DNA of 64,000 bases from Octopus sinensis (lineage: Eukaryota). Positions 36,887 through 50,284 of the stretch are shown here, piece by piece. Numbering within the stretch: position 1 is the first letter of the stretch; each line of letters begins with the position of its first letter. The position numbers and the translations under genes are program-made. The notes beneath the pieces are model-generated. The model worked only from the letters and a program-made list of their open reading frames with translations, was not told where the DNA came from and made no database searches. The stretch covers positions 31,124,001 through 31,188,000 of the forward strand of contig NC_042997.1 of the NCBI RefSeq assembly GCF_006345805.1. The letters are read 5' to 3'.

Positions 36887-37880
36887 ATGTTAGTAACACC
36901 TGTAAGGAGGTGCTTTATGCATTCACCAAAGCGAATGGACCCTTGGGCAGGAGGAACTGATGTCATCAGCCGGTATCCAACGTTCATCGGGTGTTTCGAC
37001 CCTAAACCGTAACATCCTCCTGCTGGTGTGTCAGCAGGGGTGGCCAAGTCACTGCTTCTCATCTCCTCCTGGCTTCCAGCTTAACTCTTCTCTCGTATAC
37101 CCAAGCCGACAAGAGGCTCTTTCAGCCGCCTCTCCCATCCTGCGCACAGCCATCCTTCACTCCTTACGTCTCATTCCAATTGTAGTAAGCATTTTCCATG
37201 CCGACTGGGCAGGGAATCCCATACAACCTACCTCGACTGGCAAAAGCCATACCTGCTATCCCTTTTCCCTGCAATCTTGCAGAAGGCTCTTACATCAGGC
37301 TCATGAGCCTCATCACACCCCTCTCCCAATGAGACTGTTAGTTCAATTACGATCATATTCTTGGCCTTTTCAGACTATAGGACCACATCTGGCCTCAGGG
37401 TTGTATGGACAACATGGTGAAAATGCAATCTCACCCATAAGTCCAATTTCATATCCCATGGTTGAAATTCTTGCAGCAAGCTACATATAGTTTTTGCTGA
37501 CTTTACTGGACTCTCTCCCTCTTTCACGAACTTAATTGCTGCTGTTGCTTTCCCTTGGTGATGATGTTTCTTGCGCCTTTCCTACTCCATGGTGTGAGCA
37601 AGTATTGCAAGCACCCTATCAAGGTGTAATTTATATCTACCTTGAGAAAGTGCTATTCTGCATCTTGCCAAGATGTGTGCCAGAGTGCCCCTTTCTCCAC
37701 AAAGTCTACACAGCTGGTCTTTCCTCAAAACCTATCTGTGCTGGTTTGTTGGCGTCGATTGTGTGTCATACACCACCCGCAGCAGGAAGGAGATGCGAAA
37801 AGGATCAGGCCTCCACAGGTCGGTCCATGTGAGATTCCTATTAGAGAGATCCTATTTAGTCCATGCACCCTGAGATACTA
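36887..37880 (-). mobile_element. HERO-clade non-LTR retrotransposon, 5'-truncated (CCHC knuckle, RLE, 3' UTR)
   Basis: Minus strand VSQGAWTK*DLSNRNLTWTDLWRPDPFRISFLLRVVYDT...LCRLCGERGTLAHILARCRIALSQGRY...IKFVKEGE...TTLRPDVVL*SEKAKNMIVIELTV...LPVEVGCMGFPAQS...MGEAAERASC...SWKPGG; the 3' end runs into a TA/TG microsatellite. Confidence 0.92.
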
Positions 37881-38015
37881 ACGCTGAGTTCAAATTCTGC
37901 TGAGGTTGACTTTGCCTTTCATCCTTCGGGGTTCGATAACATAAGTGCCATTTACGTACTGGGGTCAATGTAATTGACGTAATCATTTCCTAGAAATTGC
38001 TGGTCTTGAGCCAAA
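37881..38015 (+). mobile_element. Meta-like SINE fragment abutting the HERO 5' end
   Basis: gagttcaaattctgctgaggttgactttgcctttcatccttcgggg. Confidence 0.8.
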
Positions 38016-38084
38016 TTGAAAACTATATTCATACATGCACACACACAGAAATACACAGACACACAGATACATGCACACACGCAT

Positions 38085-38133
<49 letters not shown>

Positions 38134-38189
38134 ATTGATTAAATTTCCAGTTTTAAAAACAACACCTTTTCTTTCCTCTCACGTTTCTA

Positions 38190-38265
38190 ATTATAAATGC
38201 AGCGATTTTTTATCATCACCGTCGTCACCACCACAAGCACCACCACCACTACCACCACCACCACA

Positions 38266-38312
<47 letters not shown>

Positions 38313-38674
38313 CAGAAACATCGTCATCACGATCATGACCATCATGATACCTCTCATCCCCGGCACCATCACCAGCAACATCATCACTACCATCACTACC
38401 ATCACTACCACCACCACTACAACTACCACCATCGCCATCAGGATCACTACCATCTTAATCCTCAACCGCTTCAACACCACCACCACCACCACCACCACCA
38501 CCACCACCACCACCACCATTATACTAACCATTATTATTATTATTATTATTATATTATTATTAGTAGTAGTAGTGTAGTTAGTAGTAGTAGTAGTAGTATT
38601 GTTGATGCTGTTATATTATTATTATTATATTATTATATTATTATTATTATATTATTATTATTATATATTAGTAT

Positions 38675-38711
<37 letters not shown>

Positions 38712-38790
38712 AGTAGTATTGTTATGCTGTTATTATTATTATTATTATAATTATATATTATTATTATTATTTTCATCATCATCATCATGG
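38190..38790. repeat. Compound triplet arrays (CAC, ACT, CAT, ATT, AGT)
   Basis: Seen directly. Confidence 0.9.
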
Positions 38791-39161
38791 CAACAGTTGT
38801 TGTGTTTGAAGTCGTGGTGGATGGTTGGTTGTTGCCGATCGCCATTGTTGTGATTGTTATTCTTGTTCAGCTTCTGTATTCTGTTGTTGTTTGGAACACA
38901 TCATACACATAAACCGAAGGCAATCTTTTTTGATGTGGCCGGCGGCCACTAGTCTGACGTTGCTCACAATCACTCGCTGCAGCTGTTGTCAGTGCTGATC
39001 TATCAAACGTTTCAATGACCCCAAGACATGCAGGAATCGAATCAGTCAAAATCGACAATTACAGGGTTACTCTAACAAAGCTAGAAGACAATCGGGGGCC
39101 AAAAGAAGATGTCTGTAATGTGAACGTGTTTGTTACTGTTTTTTTTCTTCTTCCTGTTTAC

Positions 39162-39164
<3 letters not shown>

Positions 39165-39214
<50 letters not shown>

Positions 39215-39240
39215 ATCTATCTATCTATCTATCTATCTAA

Positions 39241-39271
<31 letters not shown>

Positions 39272-39298
39272 ACTATCTATCTATCTACTATCTATTAA

Positions 39299-39331
<33 letters not shown>

Positions 39332-39394
39332 AATCTATCATCTATCTATCATCTATCTATCTATCTATCTATATCTATCATCTATTATCTATCT

Positions 39395-39436
<42 letters not shown>

Positions 39437-39493
39437 AATCTATCATCTATCTATCTATCTATCTATCTTCTATCTATCAATCAATCTACTATC

Positions 39494-39543
<50 letters not shown>

Positions 39544-39545
39544 GA
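39165..39545. repeat. Long (TATC)n tract
   Basis: Seen directly. Confidence 0.95.
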
Positions 39546-39605
39546 TTATACATATGTACACGTATATATATATGTATGGATGCATGTATATATGCATGTG
39601 TTTGC

Positions 39606-39643
<38 letters not shown>

Positions 39644-39756
39644 GATAGGTGTGTTTATGTATATGTATGTATATATATATGTAAATGTTCATATATATCG
39701 AAACATATCTAAGTTTATATCTAAGTTTATATGTATACATGTACAACACACGAACA

Positions 39757-39792
<36 letters not shown>

Positions 39793-40192
39793 TATGTAAA
39801 ACATATAGACACATATAACATATATATGTATGCATATATATTAGTGTGCGTGGGAAAATTTATGTGAGCATATATCTATGTATAGTGCATGTATGTGCGT
39901 GTTGAATAATTTAGGATATATATATATATATATATATTATATGTATATGCAAATACACACATACATACCTACATACATATATGCGTATATATGTAAATAT
40001 ATTTCTACATATATGTATGTGTGTATGTATAAATATATATATATATATATACATACAACACACACACACACACATATATATACATACATGCATACATACA
40101 TATATATACATATATATATTCTTGTTAGTTTGCATCTTTGTACTAAAAGCACGTTTATGTGCATCTGACTGTCTTTCAATCTCTCTCTTGAA

Positions 40193-40233
<41 letters not shown>

Positions 40234-40606
40234 TATGTGCGCTCATTTGCATGTGTGTTGAGGGGTGATATGAACGATCGTCATGGTGATAGAGGCTGTG
40301 GCGTCTTAGTTCGCTGAAGTGATGCACGCTGTTGTTCTTTGTTATTATTTCTGCATGTGCAGCATCGCCCTGCTGCTTATCTGAAACAGAGTAGCAATGA
40401 CAACAACAGCCACAACATAACTGAATGTATTAATTTCCATCTACATTCTATTAATTTCTTATATAAACTCTAGAAGAGGGGGGAACCATACTTGGTGATT
40501 CTTTGCGGTTAATCGACTCACTAGAATTTATTGCAAAACTTATTTCAAATCACGTCCAATATTACCAGCACAGATCACACCATAAACGTTAACAACACGA
40601 GAGTAT

Positions 40607-40994
40607 GATGGAAGCACTCCGTCGGTTACGACGACGAGGGTTCCGGTTGATACGAATCAACGGAACAGCCTGCTCGTGAAATTAACGTGTAAGTGGCTGA
40701 GCACTCCACAGACACGTGTACCCTTAACGTAGTTCTCGGGGATATTCAGCGTGACACAGAGAGTGACAAGGCCGGCCCTTTGAAATACAGGTACAACAGA
40801 AACAAGAAGTAAGAGTGAGAGAACGTTGTGGTGAAAGAGTAAAGCAGGGATCACCACCATCCCCTGCCGGAGCTTCGTGGAGCTTTTAGGTGTTTTCGCT
40901 CAATAAACACTCACAACGCCCGGTCTGGGAATCGAAACCGCGATCCTATGACCGCGAGTCCGCTGCCCTAACCACTGGGCCATTGCGCCTCCAA
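40607..40994 (-). mobile_element. Full-length tRNA-derived SINE (family C head with tail X), 10-bp TSD
   Basis: TSD ACGAGAGTAT at 40597-40606 and 40995-41004. Head ggaggcgcaatggcccagtggttagggcagcggactcgcgg...ggtttcgattcc. Confidence 0.92.
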
Positions 40995-41079
40995 ACGAGA
41001 GTATATACATTGACTTGATCTGTTAGAAGTAGCAGTTAACTATTTCTGAACTGAAATCATACCAATATTGGTATTACGT

Positions 41080-41390
41080 CGTTTACGACGACGAGGGTTC
41101 CATTTAATCCGATCAACAGAGCAGCTAGCTCGTGAAATTAATGTGGAAGTAGTTGAGTACTTCACAGACATGTGTAGCCTTAACGTAGTTCTCAGGGAAA
41201 TGCAGCGTAACTCTGAATGAAACGAAGTTGGTCCTTAGAAATGTTGGCACTGATCCTTTTTACCGGTTGAGTAGACTGCAGGAATGTGAAATGAAGTGCC
41301 TTGCTCAAAGAAACCATGCACTGACGCGAATCGCACTCACTAGCCTACGATCACGAGTCGAATACCATAACTATTACGCCACGCACTTTC
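41080..41390 (-). mobile_element. Old SINE: CORE-like head with tail X
   Basis: Shares gacgacgagggttcc...ctcgtgaaattaa...aacgtagttctc with 40607-40800 and gaaatgaagtgccttgctcaa with 48227-48525. Confidence 0.7.
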
Positions 41391-41644
41391 AAGAAATCAA
41401 ATCAAATTCTGTTAAAGAAAATTGAAGGCTATCTATATTAGATAATGATGTGTGAGAGAAACCATTCTTGTAAAGAGGTGGGGAGGATGAGATTCAAAGG
41501 TATAATATCTATGGACGTACATACAGACATGTATGAATACATACATATACATATATTCATATATATATATGTATATATTTCGCCACGATAGATCGCTAGG
41601 CATTATACGTTCTTTATTTTCTCTCCTTGTTTCTTTCTGTGTTC

Positions 41645-41680
41645 CTTTCTGAGGAAGAGCGTAGGCTGGAAACGTTAATG
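41645..41680 (+). ncRNA. Degenerate hammerhead motif in a (TA)n-flanked unit (~41575-41760)
   Basis: CTTT-CTGAGGA-A-GAGC gtag GCTG-GAAA-CG-TT-AATG; the helix II closing C is replaced by G. Confidence 0.5.
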
Positions 41681-41776
41681 ACTTTTTCACTTCCCAAGCG
41701 TTATACTAATACATCTGTTGTCTACACCACCAGTCTTCGTCTTTTTGTTTTTTGGTGAATCTTCTCTCTCTCTCTC

Positions 41777-41789
<13 letters not shown>

Positions 41790-41838
<49 letters not shown>

Positions 41839-42951
41839 TCTACCTCTACCTCTCTGTCTCTTCTCTCCTCCCATGACCAGTGTTTGGCGAAGCCTGACCT
41901 TTCTTTCTTGGTTCGACTACCATCCGCGCAACATTTATATTCCTCCCTGTGCATGTCAAATCATATATTCCTGCCGTAAGGCTTTACTTCCACACACGCC
42001 TTAGTCGAAAGACACCCGTTGTTAATGTCCTATTATTTGTATTTGTGCACCATTTCTCCGTTTTTTTCTGATCTTGTTTTCGCATACATTCGCTGCTTTC
42101 TTCCAAGCGATCTAATGCTCTTAGATTAGTTTTTCCTTGGTACTGTCCAGATTGAAGCAAGCTCGAGTATAACCAGCCAAAATCGCAAAGATAATCTGGA
42201 ACTCGACTGAGGAAAGAAGACTCCGAATGACCCGTCCTCTTTTCTTTGTTTCGTCTCCATGGTTGTTTTGTGTCCCTTTTTGTATCAACTGGATGTTTTG
42301 CATTCCTGTCCTATTTTTTGTATTTTTTATATATAATATATTTTTTGGTAGGCTAGTACTCATTCTATCGGTCCATTTTGCCGAACCACTAAGTTACGGA
42401 GACGCAAACACATCACCATCGGTTGTCAAGCAATGTTGGGGGGTACAAACACAGACACACACACATATACACACACATACATATATATACATATATACGA
42501 CGGGCTTCTTTCAGTTTCCGTCTACCAAATCCACTCACAAGGCTTTGGTCGGCCCGAGGCTATAGTAGAAAACACTTGTACAAGGTGCCATGTGGTTGGT
42601 AAGCAAGCTATTTACGAGGCAGCCGCTCCTGCGCCTATATAGAAAGATGGAGGTGAAAATAGCATAGAAGTCTAAGACATTTAAATTTAAGAAGTAATCT
42701 AATAGACAGACATGTTAATAAATATGTATATATACATGTATATATGTGTATATATGTGTATATATTTGTACATACACACATTCATTCAAGTGTATTCACA
42801 TGGCTGTCATGAAAATAATAAGAGAATGATTCTGTTTAGAAGCAATATATATTACATACACACACATCCTAACGCACATATACGTACATCTATACATACG
42901 TGTGTGGTGTGTGTGGTGTGTGTGTTTACACATACATATAATATATACATA

Positions 42952-43022
<71 letters not shown>

Positions 43023-43048
43023 CCAACTTTCTCACCTATATATATATA

Positions 43049-43089
<41 letters not shown>

Positions 43090-44195
43090 TCTACCTCTAC
43101 CTCTCTGTCTCTTCTCTCCTCCCATGACCAGTGTTTGGCGAAGCCTGACCTTTCTTTCTTGGTTCGACTACCATCCGCGCAACATTTATATTCCTCCCTG
43201 TGCATGTCAAATCATATATTCCTGCCGTAAGGCTTTACTTCCACACACGCCTTAGTCGAAAGACACCCGTTGTTAATGTCCTATTATTTGTATTTGTGCA
43301 CCATTTCTCCGTTTTTTTCTGATCTTGTTTTCGCATACATTCGCTGCTTTCTTCCAAGCGATCTAATGCTCTTAGATTAGTTTTTCCTTGGTACTGTCCA
43401 GATTGAAGCAAGCTCGAGTATAACCAGCCAAAATCGCAAAGATAATCTGGAACTCGACTGAGGAAAGAAGACTCCGAATGACCCGTCCTCTTTTCTTTGT
43501 TTCGTCTCCATGGTTGTTTTGTTGTCCCTTTTTGTATCAACTGGATGTTTTGCATTCCTGTCCTATTTTTTGTATTTTTTATATATAATATATTTTTTGG
43601 TAGGCTAGTACTCATTCTATCGGTCCATTTTGCCGAACCACTAAGTTACGGAGACGCAAACACATCACCATCGGTTGTCAAGCAATGTTGGGGGGTACAA
43701 ACACAGACACACACACATATACACACACATACATATATATACATATATACGACGGGCTTCTTTCAGTTTCCGTCTACCAAATCCACTCACAAGGCTTTGG
43801 TCGGCCCGAGGCTATAGTAGAAAACACTTGTACAAGGTGCCATGTGGTTGGTAAGCAAGCTATTTACGAGGCAGCCACTCCTGCGCCTATATAGAAAGAT
43901 GGAGGTGAAAATAGCATAGAAGTCTAAGACATTTAAATTTAAGAAGTAATCTAATAGACAGACATGTTAATAAATATGTATATATACATGTATATATGTG
44001 TATATATGTGTATATATTTGTACATACACACATTCATTCAAGTGTATTCACATGGCTGTCATGAAAATAATAAGACAATGATTCTGTTTAGAAGCAATAT
44101 ATATTTACATACACACACATCCTAACGCACATATACGTACATCTATACATACGTGTGTGGTGTGTGTGTTTACACATACATATAATATATACATA

Positions 44196-44240
<45 letters not shown>

Positions 44241-44251
44241 CAACTTTCTCA

Positions 44252-44257
<6 letters not shown>
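41790..44257. repeat. Tandem duplication of a ~1.25-kb unit (41790-43040; 43041-44257)
   Basis: Anchors ccatgaccag at 41871 and 43122, caccaactttctcacctata at 43021 and 44238. Only a few substitutions and indels outside microsatellites; each unit holds a family A SINE (42352-42638; 43603-43890). Confidence 0.95.
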
Positions 44258-44318
<61 letters not shown>

Positions 44319-44669
44319 ATGTGTGTGTGTGTGTATGTATGTATGTATATATGTCTATATATTTTCATATATGTGTGTATGTGTGTGTGTGTATTATTTG
44401 TCGCTTGTATTTTTTACAATATGTCGTCTTATTCTTTTACATCAGTCAACAAACATTTCTTGGCATTATTGGTGTAATACATAATTTTCGTTAAGTTGTG
44501 TTTTGTTTTTATTATTTCTTCGAGATATTTAACTTATATAACGTCTATTCCGTTTTATTTTTGTCTTAAACATTATATTTGACACGTTTTTAGTTTTTCA
44601 TTGGAGAGGCGACATGTCAAACGATGGTAAGTGTCTAGTTTTCACGTCAGTCTTCTCAGATGGTTTTTG

Positions 44670-45095
<426 letters not shown>

Positions 45096-45302
45096 TCGTT
45101 GGTTTTGTTATAGTTATTTTCTTATTTGTTTTATTTTTATCTATATTCAAGAAGAGTCGTGTTTCACTGGATACCTCCAGGGTATTCCAACGTCATGTGG
45201 GTAGAACACACCTATGTCATATAGGGTAGATGACTAAACCACAAGGTACAATCCTCAAATTCAGGTTTCTGGTATACCGACAACTTGAGGAACATACTGA
45301 AC

Positions 45303-45565
45303 ATTCTGTTGTGTCTGAGGAGAGTCATTTTCTTTTTGTGCCTTATAATATAACACACTCATCGGTAAAATTTCCACTTATTTCTTATTTTATTTTATTT
45401 TCAATAATTTTTTCAATAGTCTTGACTCAAGACTATAGAAAAGATTGCAAGACGCAGGGAAAATTTCAGGAAAAGAAAAATAAGAAATAAGTGGAAATTT
45501 TACCGGTGAGTGTGTTACATTATAAGGCACAAAAAGAAAATGACTGTTCCCAGACACAACAGAAT
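45303..45565. mobile_element. MITE-like foldback element with ~88-bp terminal inverted repeats
   Basis: 45303-45390 and 45477-45565 are reverse complements with about 6 mismatches (ttctgttgtgtctg...tttccacttatttcttatttt). Confidence 0.75.
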
Positions 45566-45843
45566 ATGCTTCAACACACGAATACATATAAAGAATCTTG
45601 CAAACCAAATCCCAAAACTAAATACTGAACATTCTATATGGCTTAATATTACAGTCGACCTATGTTGTTCTCTTTTTACTATTTATTGTATGTCTGCCAA
45701 CTCCGAGGTTCCCAATGGAAGCTAACGAGATGAATTCGATCCGATTGTAACAGCTGATTCTCCTCTGCCTTTATTATTGGTGCTGTGCACTCCAGTATAG
45801 TATCTAGGGATAATAAAGCTGTTGATGCTACTGGTAATTTAGA

Positions 45844-46190
45844 TTGGGCAAGTGTCTTCTGCTATAGCCCCGGGCCGACCAAAGCCTTGTGAGTAGATTT
45901 AGTAGACGGAAACTGAAAGAAGCCCGTCGTATATATGTATATGTAAATATGTATATATATGTGTGTGTGTGTATTTGTGTGTCTGTGTTTGTCCCCCCAA
46001 CATCGCTTGACAATCGATGCTGGTGCATTTACGTCACCGCAACTTAGCAGTTCTGCAAAAGACCGATAGAATAAGTACTAGGCTTACAAAGGATAAGTCC
46101 TGGGGTCGATTTGCTCGACTAAAGGCGGTGCTCCAGCATGGCCGCAGTCAAAATGACTGAAACGAATAAAAGAATAAAAGAATGAAAGAA
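45844..46190 (+). mobile_element. Family A SINE, 5'-truncated
   Basis: ttgggcaagtgtcttctgctatagcccc...ggcggtgctccagcatggccgcagtc. Confidence 0.9.
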
Positions 46191-46332
46191 TAGTACTATA
46201 ATTCAAGAAACGAAATTACAAACCCAGCGCAGTATCGAACATAAAACAGATCAATCAACAGCCACGACATTATTACATGCATAAAATCATACTTCCGGTA
46301 TATATATATCTATATATATATAACTTAACTTC

Positions 46333-46420
46333 TGTTTCTGTGTGTGTATCTGTGTGTATGTGTGTGTGTTTAACTTCCCAGCACATCTCCTGCTAGCGAA
46401 CAAATCGTAGAACCACCAAA
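46333..46420 (+). repeat. ~85-bp repeat with an inverted copy at 48065-48150
   Basis: tgtgtgtttaacttcccagcacatctcctgctagcgaacaaatcgtagaaccacc versus minus strand tgtgtgtttaacttcccggcacatctcctcctagccaacaaatcgcagaaccacc. Confidence 0.8.
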
Positions 46421-46714
46421 AATGGGTCACTTAAAGTTTAGGCGAATGAAAATTGAACTGCGCTATTTCTATTCCGAAATTCATCTCGCAAGTGCAAAAA
46501 TCGATAATGTGTTTGTTTAGGTCTTATCCCATGCATTGAATAGTGAACTTTACTCAGTCAGCTGTTTGACGTGAACTGTGTTCACCACGCGTGCAACCAT
46601 GCGTAAATTGCATGAAAAATAAAAAATCAAGATATAAAAACGAATCGCCGTAAACATTGTAGAAATGCGGCAAAGAAATGAATTTTCGGGATGTAGCCTG
46701 GAGGGATTTTTCGT

Positions 46715-47622
46715 GTTTTTACTTTTTCGTTTTTCGTTGAGTTCTACGTCTATTTGTGATGTCCTGTACTCACGTATATATATATTTATATATGCATGTA
46801 TATATACATGTAGATGTAGGTACGTACATATATGTATGCATATATTTTATTTATTACACTATTGTATGACTGAGCGCCCTCGCGTCGATTCGATTCGATT
46901 CGTTTCGTTTCGTTTCTTCTTCTTCTCTAAGCTGGTTTTTATATATAATTATGACGCGAAACTCCATACCTCTTTCTTCTCTCTTTCTTTCACCCTCTTT
47001 GGCCTCCTTCCTCTCTATCTCTCTCTCTCTCACTCCTCCTCATCTCTCTCACAGCCGGGTCGACGAACTTCCTTTCGCTGGCGGCCTCCTTCAAGTAAAC
47101 ATGTTTCTTCCTGCGCTCGTGAATTCTTTCCTCGTCTAGGCTTATAGGCCCTCATTGTGTATTTTCCTGTCCTGTTTTTATTCCTTCTTGTACTGTATTT
47201 TTTAATTGTATTTTTATTTTGTATTTGTTTTTAATTGTATTGTTTTTACGTCCTGTTTTTCTCACAATTCTTTTTCCTTGTTTTTACCCCTCTGCAAAGG
47301 AATTTTATTTAATTCTTTCGCAGGAAGGACTAGTTCGACGAGTCGTGTTCTGTCCTCACCTTCGAAACACGCTGGAGTTGAACTAGGGACAGCTGATGAA
47401 GGGGATTTTTCCTTGTGTAGTTGTCTTGTACTCTGTTTTTTCGTTGTTAAAAAATGGTCTGTTCCATGCTTGTTTTTACTTTTTCGTTTCTCGTTGAGTT
47501 CTACGCCTATTTGTGGTGTCCTGTACTCACGTATATATATTTATATATGCATGTATATATACATGTAGATGTAGGTACGTATATATATGTTTGTATGTAT
47601 GCATATATTTTATCTATTACAC

Positions 47623-47625
<3 letters not shown>
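46715..47625. repeat. ~150-bp direct repeats (46715-46863; 47473-47625) flanking a ~600-bp interior
   Basis: tttttactttttcgttt...gagttctacg...gtcctgtactcacgtatatatatttatatatgcatg...tattacactatt occurs twice. Confidence 0.9.
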
Positions 47626-47660
<35 letters not shown>

Positions 47661-47662
47661 TC

Positions 47663-47694
<32 letters not shown>

Positions 47695-47698
47695 GTAT

Positions 47699-47812
<114 letters not shown>

Positions 47813-48226
47813 TATGATAGAAGAAGGCTAACTCTTCCTTCCGTAGAAGAAAAAATTCAATCGGACCATGTTAACACCAAAAATTATTTACATCAGAAAG
47901 GTGCCTTTTTTGTATTAAAATCCCTATTTTTTACGATGTTTTGACTGCTGTGTCGCCATTTTTCGGTGTATTTCACTTAAAGAGAATAACAAGATACATA
48001 CTGCCAAATTTTTACTTTTCAAAAATTCCAATTCTAAAGGGTCTAAACAAACCGCAACGCCGTTGGTGGTTCTGCGATTTGTTGGCTAGGAGGAGATGTG
48101 CCGGGAAGTTAAACACACAGACACACACACAGATACACACACAGAAAACGTTCATTAATAAGGCATGAAAAATCACTTGAAATGCAAGCATTGAAAATAA
48201 AAGCACGCAAGAAACATTAATATAGG

Positions 48227-48525
48227 ACCACTCCGTCTGTTGCGACGACGAGGTTCCCAGCTAATACGATCAACGGAACAGCTTTTCTCGTGAAATTAAC
48301 GTGCAAGTGGCTGAGCACTCCACAAACACGTAGTTCTCGGGGAGATTCAGCGTGACAAGGCTGATCCTTTGAAATACAGGTACTACTCATCTTTGCCAGC
48401 TGAGTGGACTGGAGCAACGTGAAATAAAGTGTCTTGCTCAAGGACACAACGCGTCATCAGGAATTGAACTCACGACCTTACGATCATGAGCCGAATGCCC
48501 CTAACCACTAAGCCACACGCCTTCA
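48227..48525 (-). mobile_element. SINE with tRNA head, CORE-like domain and tail X
   Basis: Minus strand gtgaaggcgtgtggcttagtggttaggg...gagttcaattcc...gttgtgtccttgagcaagacactt...aaagatgagtagtacctgtatttcaaagg followed by tail X. Confidence 0.85.
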
Positions 48526-49004
48526 CTAATAAATATATAAATACCATTTCTAACTTCCTCAACCATCTCACTAAATTATATTGCTCGATACACTTCTAAA
48601 CATCATCATTTGGAGAGGTTACAATGCATACAAAACCTCCCGGTACAAAAACAATATCATTAACATAAGAGTGGTTAAAATATCACAGCAGCTAAACTCC
48701 TTTTGCAGTACTTTTGCTTTACTTGTTTTCTGGCTTAAGTTCGATACAGACACTATGGGTTTTCTTCCCTTGATCGCTAAACTATCTATGCTCTATGAAG
48801 AAAAAAGAAATAAAAAGGAATGAAAAACATACATTCCATGAATTTTTTTCAAACTGTAACTATTTCCTTCTATAGCAAAAGACTCACTTCATAAAATGTT
48901 TAACTTACATACCTTAGATTATGTTATCCTGATGATTTTTAAAAAGAGCGATGTGTAAATATACATAATTAGCATTCTACAGTTCGATAATTAAGAGATG
49001 AGGA

Positions 49005-49171
49005 ATTATGCACATTATTTACATTTGACGGATATTTGTCCTCATCATATTTGTTGTTAACACAACGTTTCGGCTGATATACCCTCCAGCCTTCATCAGG
49101 TGTCTTGGGGGAAATTTCGAACCCGGGTTCTCATTCCTAAGGTATTTTTCCATGTTATTATTATGATGATG

Positions 49172-49223
<52 letters not shown>

Positions 49224-49235
49224 TATTATTATTAC
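49005..49235 (-). mobile_element. Hammerhead module preceded (minus strand) by (AAT)n
   Basis: Minus strand (aat)n-aacatggaaaaataccttaggaatgagaacccggg...; the same start aacatcgaaaaatacct follows the palindromic dimer at 14765-14782. Confidence 0.7.
49059..49104 (-). ncRNA. Minimal type I hammerhead ribozyme motif (best-formed in the window)
   Basis: Minus strand GACAC-CTGATGA-A-GGCTG gagggtatat CAGCC-GAAA-CG-TT-GTGTT. Helix I 5 bp (one G-U), helix II 5 bp, palindromic ACGT helix III; predicted cleavage between 49064 and 49063. Confidence 0.8.
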
Positions 49236-50054
49236 TCAAGAGGAACAATGTAAAAGTGAAGTGTTTAACAACTGCATAATATTTCGTTGTATGGCGGCTA
49301 TAAGGCTTTCAAAAAGAAACTAAAGAGGAGATAACTGAGTCGCCGTGTCCCTTGGATTGTAAATGAATCTCCGTCGTTTTTGGCAATGAAGGTTTAATTG
49401 TTTTTTCAAAAGAATTACTGTTCATAAGCAAGTGGAATTAGTAAGCAAGTGGTTGAGTATTCCGCGGATAGGTGTACACTTAATATAATTCTCAGACAGA
49501 GTCAGTGTAAAACAGTGTGTGACAAAGAATTTGGATTACAGGTACAATCCAGCTGACAGTTATCTGCACAGTTCCTATCTTCTCGTACAACATTATTCAA
49601 TAGATCCTTCTTTTTTGAGAGTATAGGATAGAGGACGTGAGAATTTTTGTTGCTATTACTAATAAATCGAACATAACAGACCTCTTGTCAGTTTAGCGTA
49701 GAATTCAAATCGTGTGAGATTCTAGCCTTGCTTCACAAACAGTAGCTGCAAAAGACAAATAAAATGCTGACAAGAGTAAATAAAAACCAGAACTATGGAT
49801 TTGACTCCTGAAACTCCTAAAATGATAAATATTTATTGGTGACAGCAATTAGAATTTCTTGATATTTATGCCATCTTTCTGAGCATTAACAGTTCAAGTA
49901 AAGTCAAATTAAGTACAAGTAGGGACTGAAACTGGGTTTCGAGATTCAGTTTTCATGCATCTCGGTTTTGCAGTCCTCCATCTCGATCCCTTTTCGAAAA
50001 GTAGGTCCTAGTTTACATTTTCATTTAGAGTAGAAAATGGGATTGTGCTAGGTT

Positions 50055-50238
50055 CATCATCATCATTTAGCGTCCGCTTTCCATGCTAACATGGGTTGGA
50101 CGGTTCAACTGGGGTCTGGGAAGCCAGAAGGTTGCACCAGGCCCAGTCTGATCTGGCAATGTTTCTACAGCTGGATGCCCTTCCTAACGCCAACCACTCC
50201 GTGAGTGTAGTGGGTGCTTTTTACGTGCCACCAGCACG
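50055..50238 (-). mobile_element. Second copy of the (GAT)n-tailed LINE-type 3' end
   Basis: Matches 22300-22490. Confidence 0.8.
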
Positions 50239-50284
50239 TTCATGCCTTTCTTAAAGCAATAAATAATATATTGGTTTCTAATTT

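Noticed and set aside
36940-37010. GAAA...CTGATGA in the HERO 3' UTR as a type II hammerhead
   Set aside because: Helices I and II do not pair.
36960-37832. Plus-strand ORFs 36960..37490 and 37536..37832
   Set aside because: They are antisense to the HERO coding relic.
38850-39130. Short open frames between microsatellites
   Set aside because: No motif, and neither strand is preferred.
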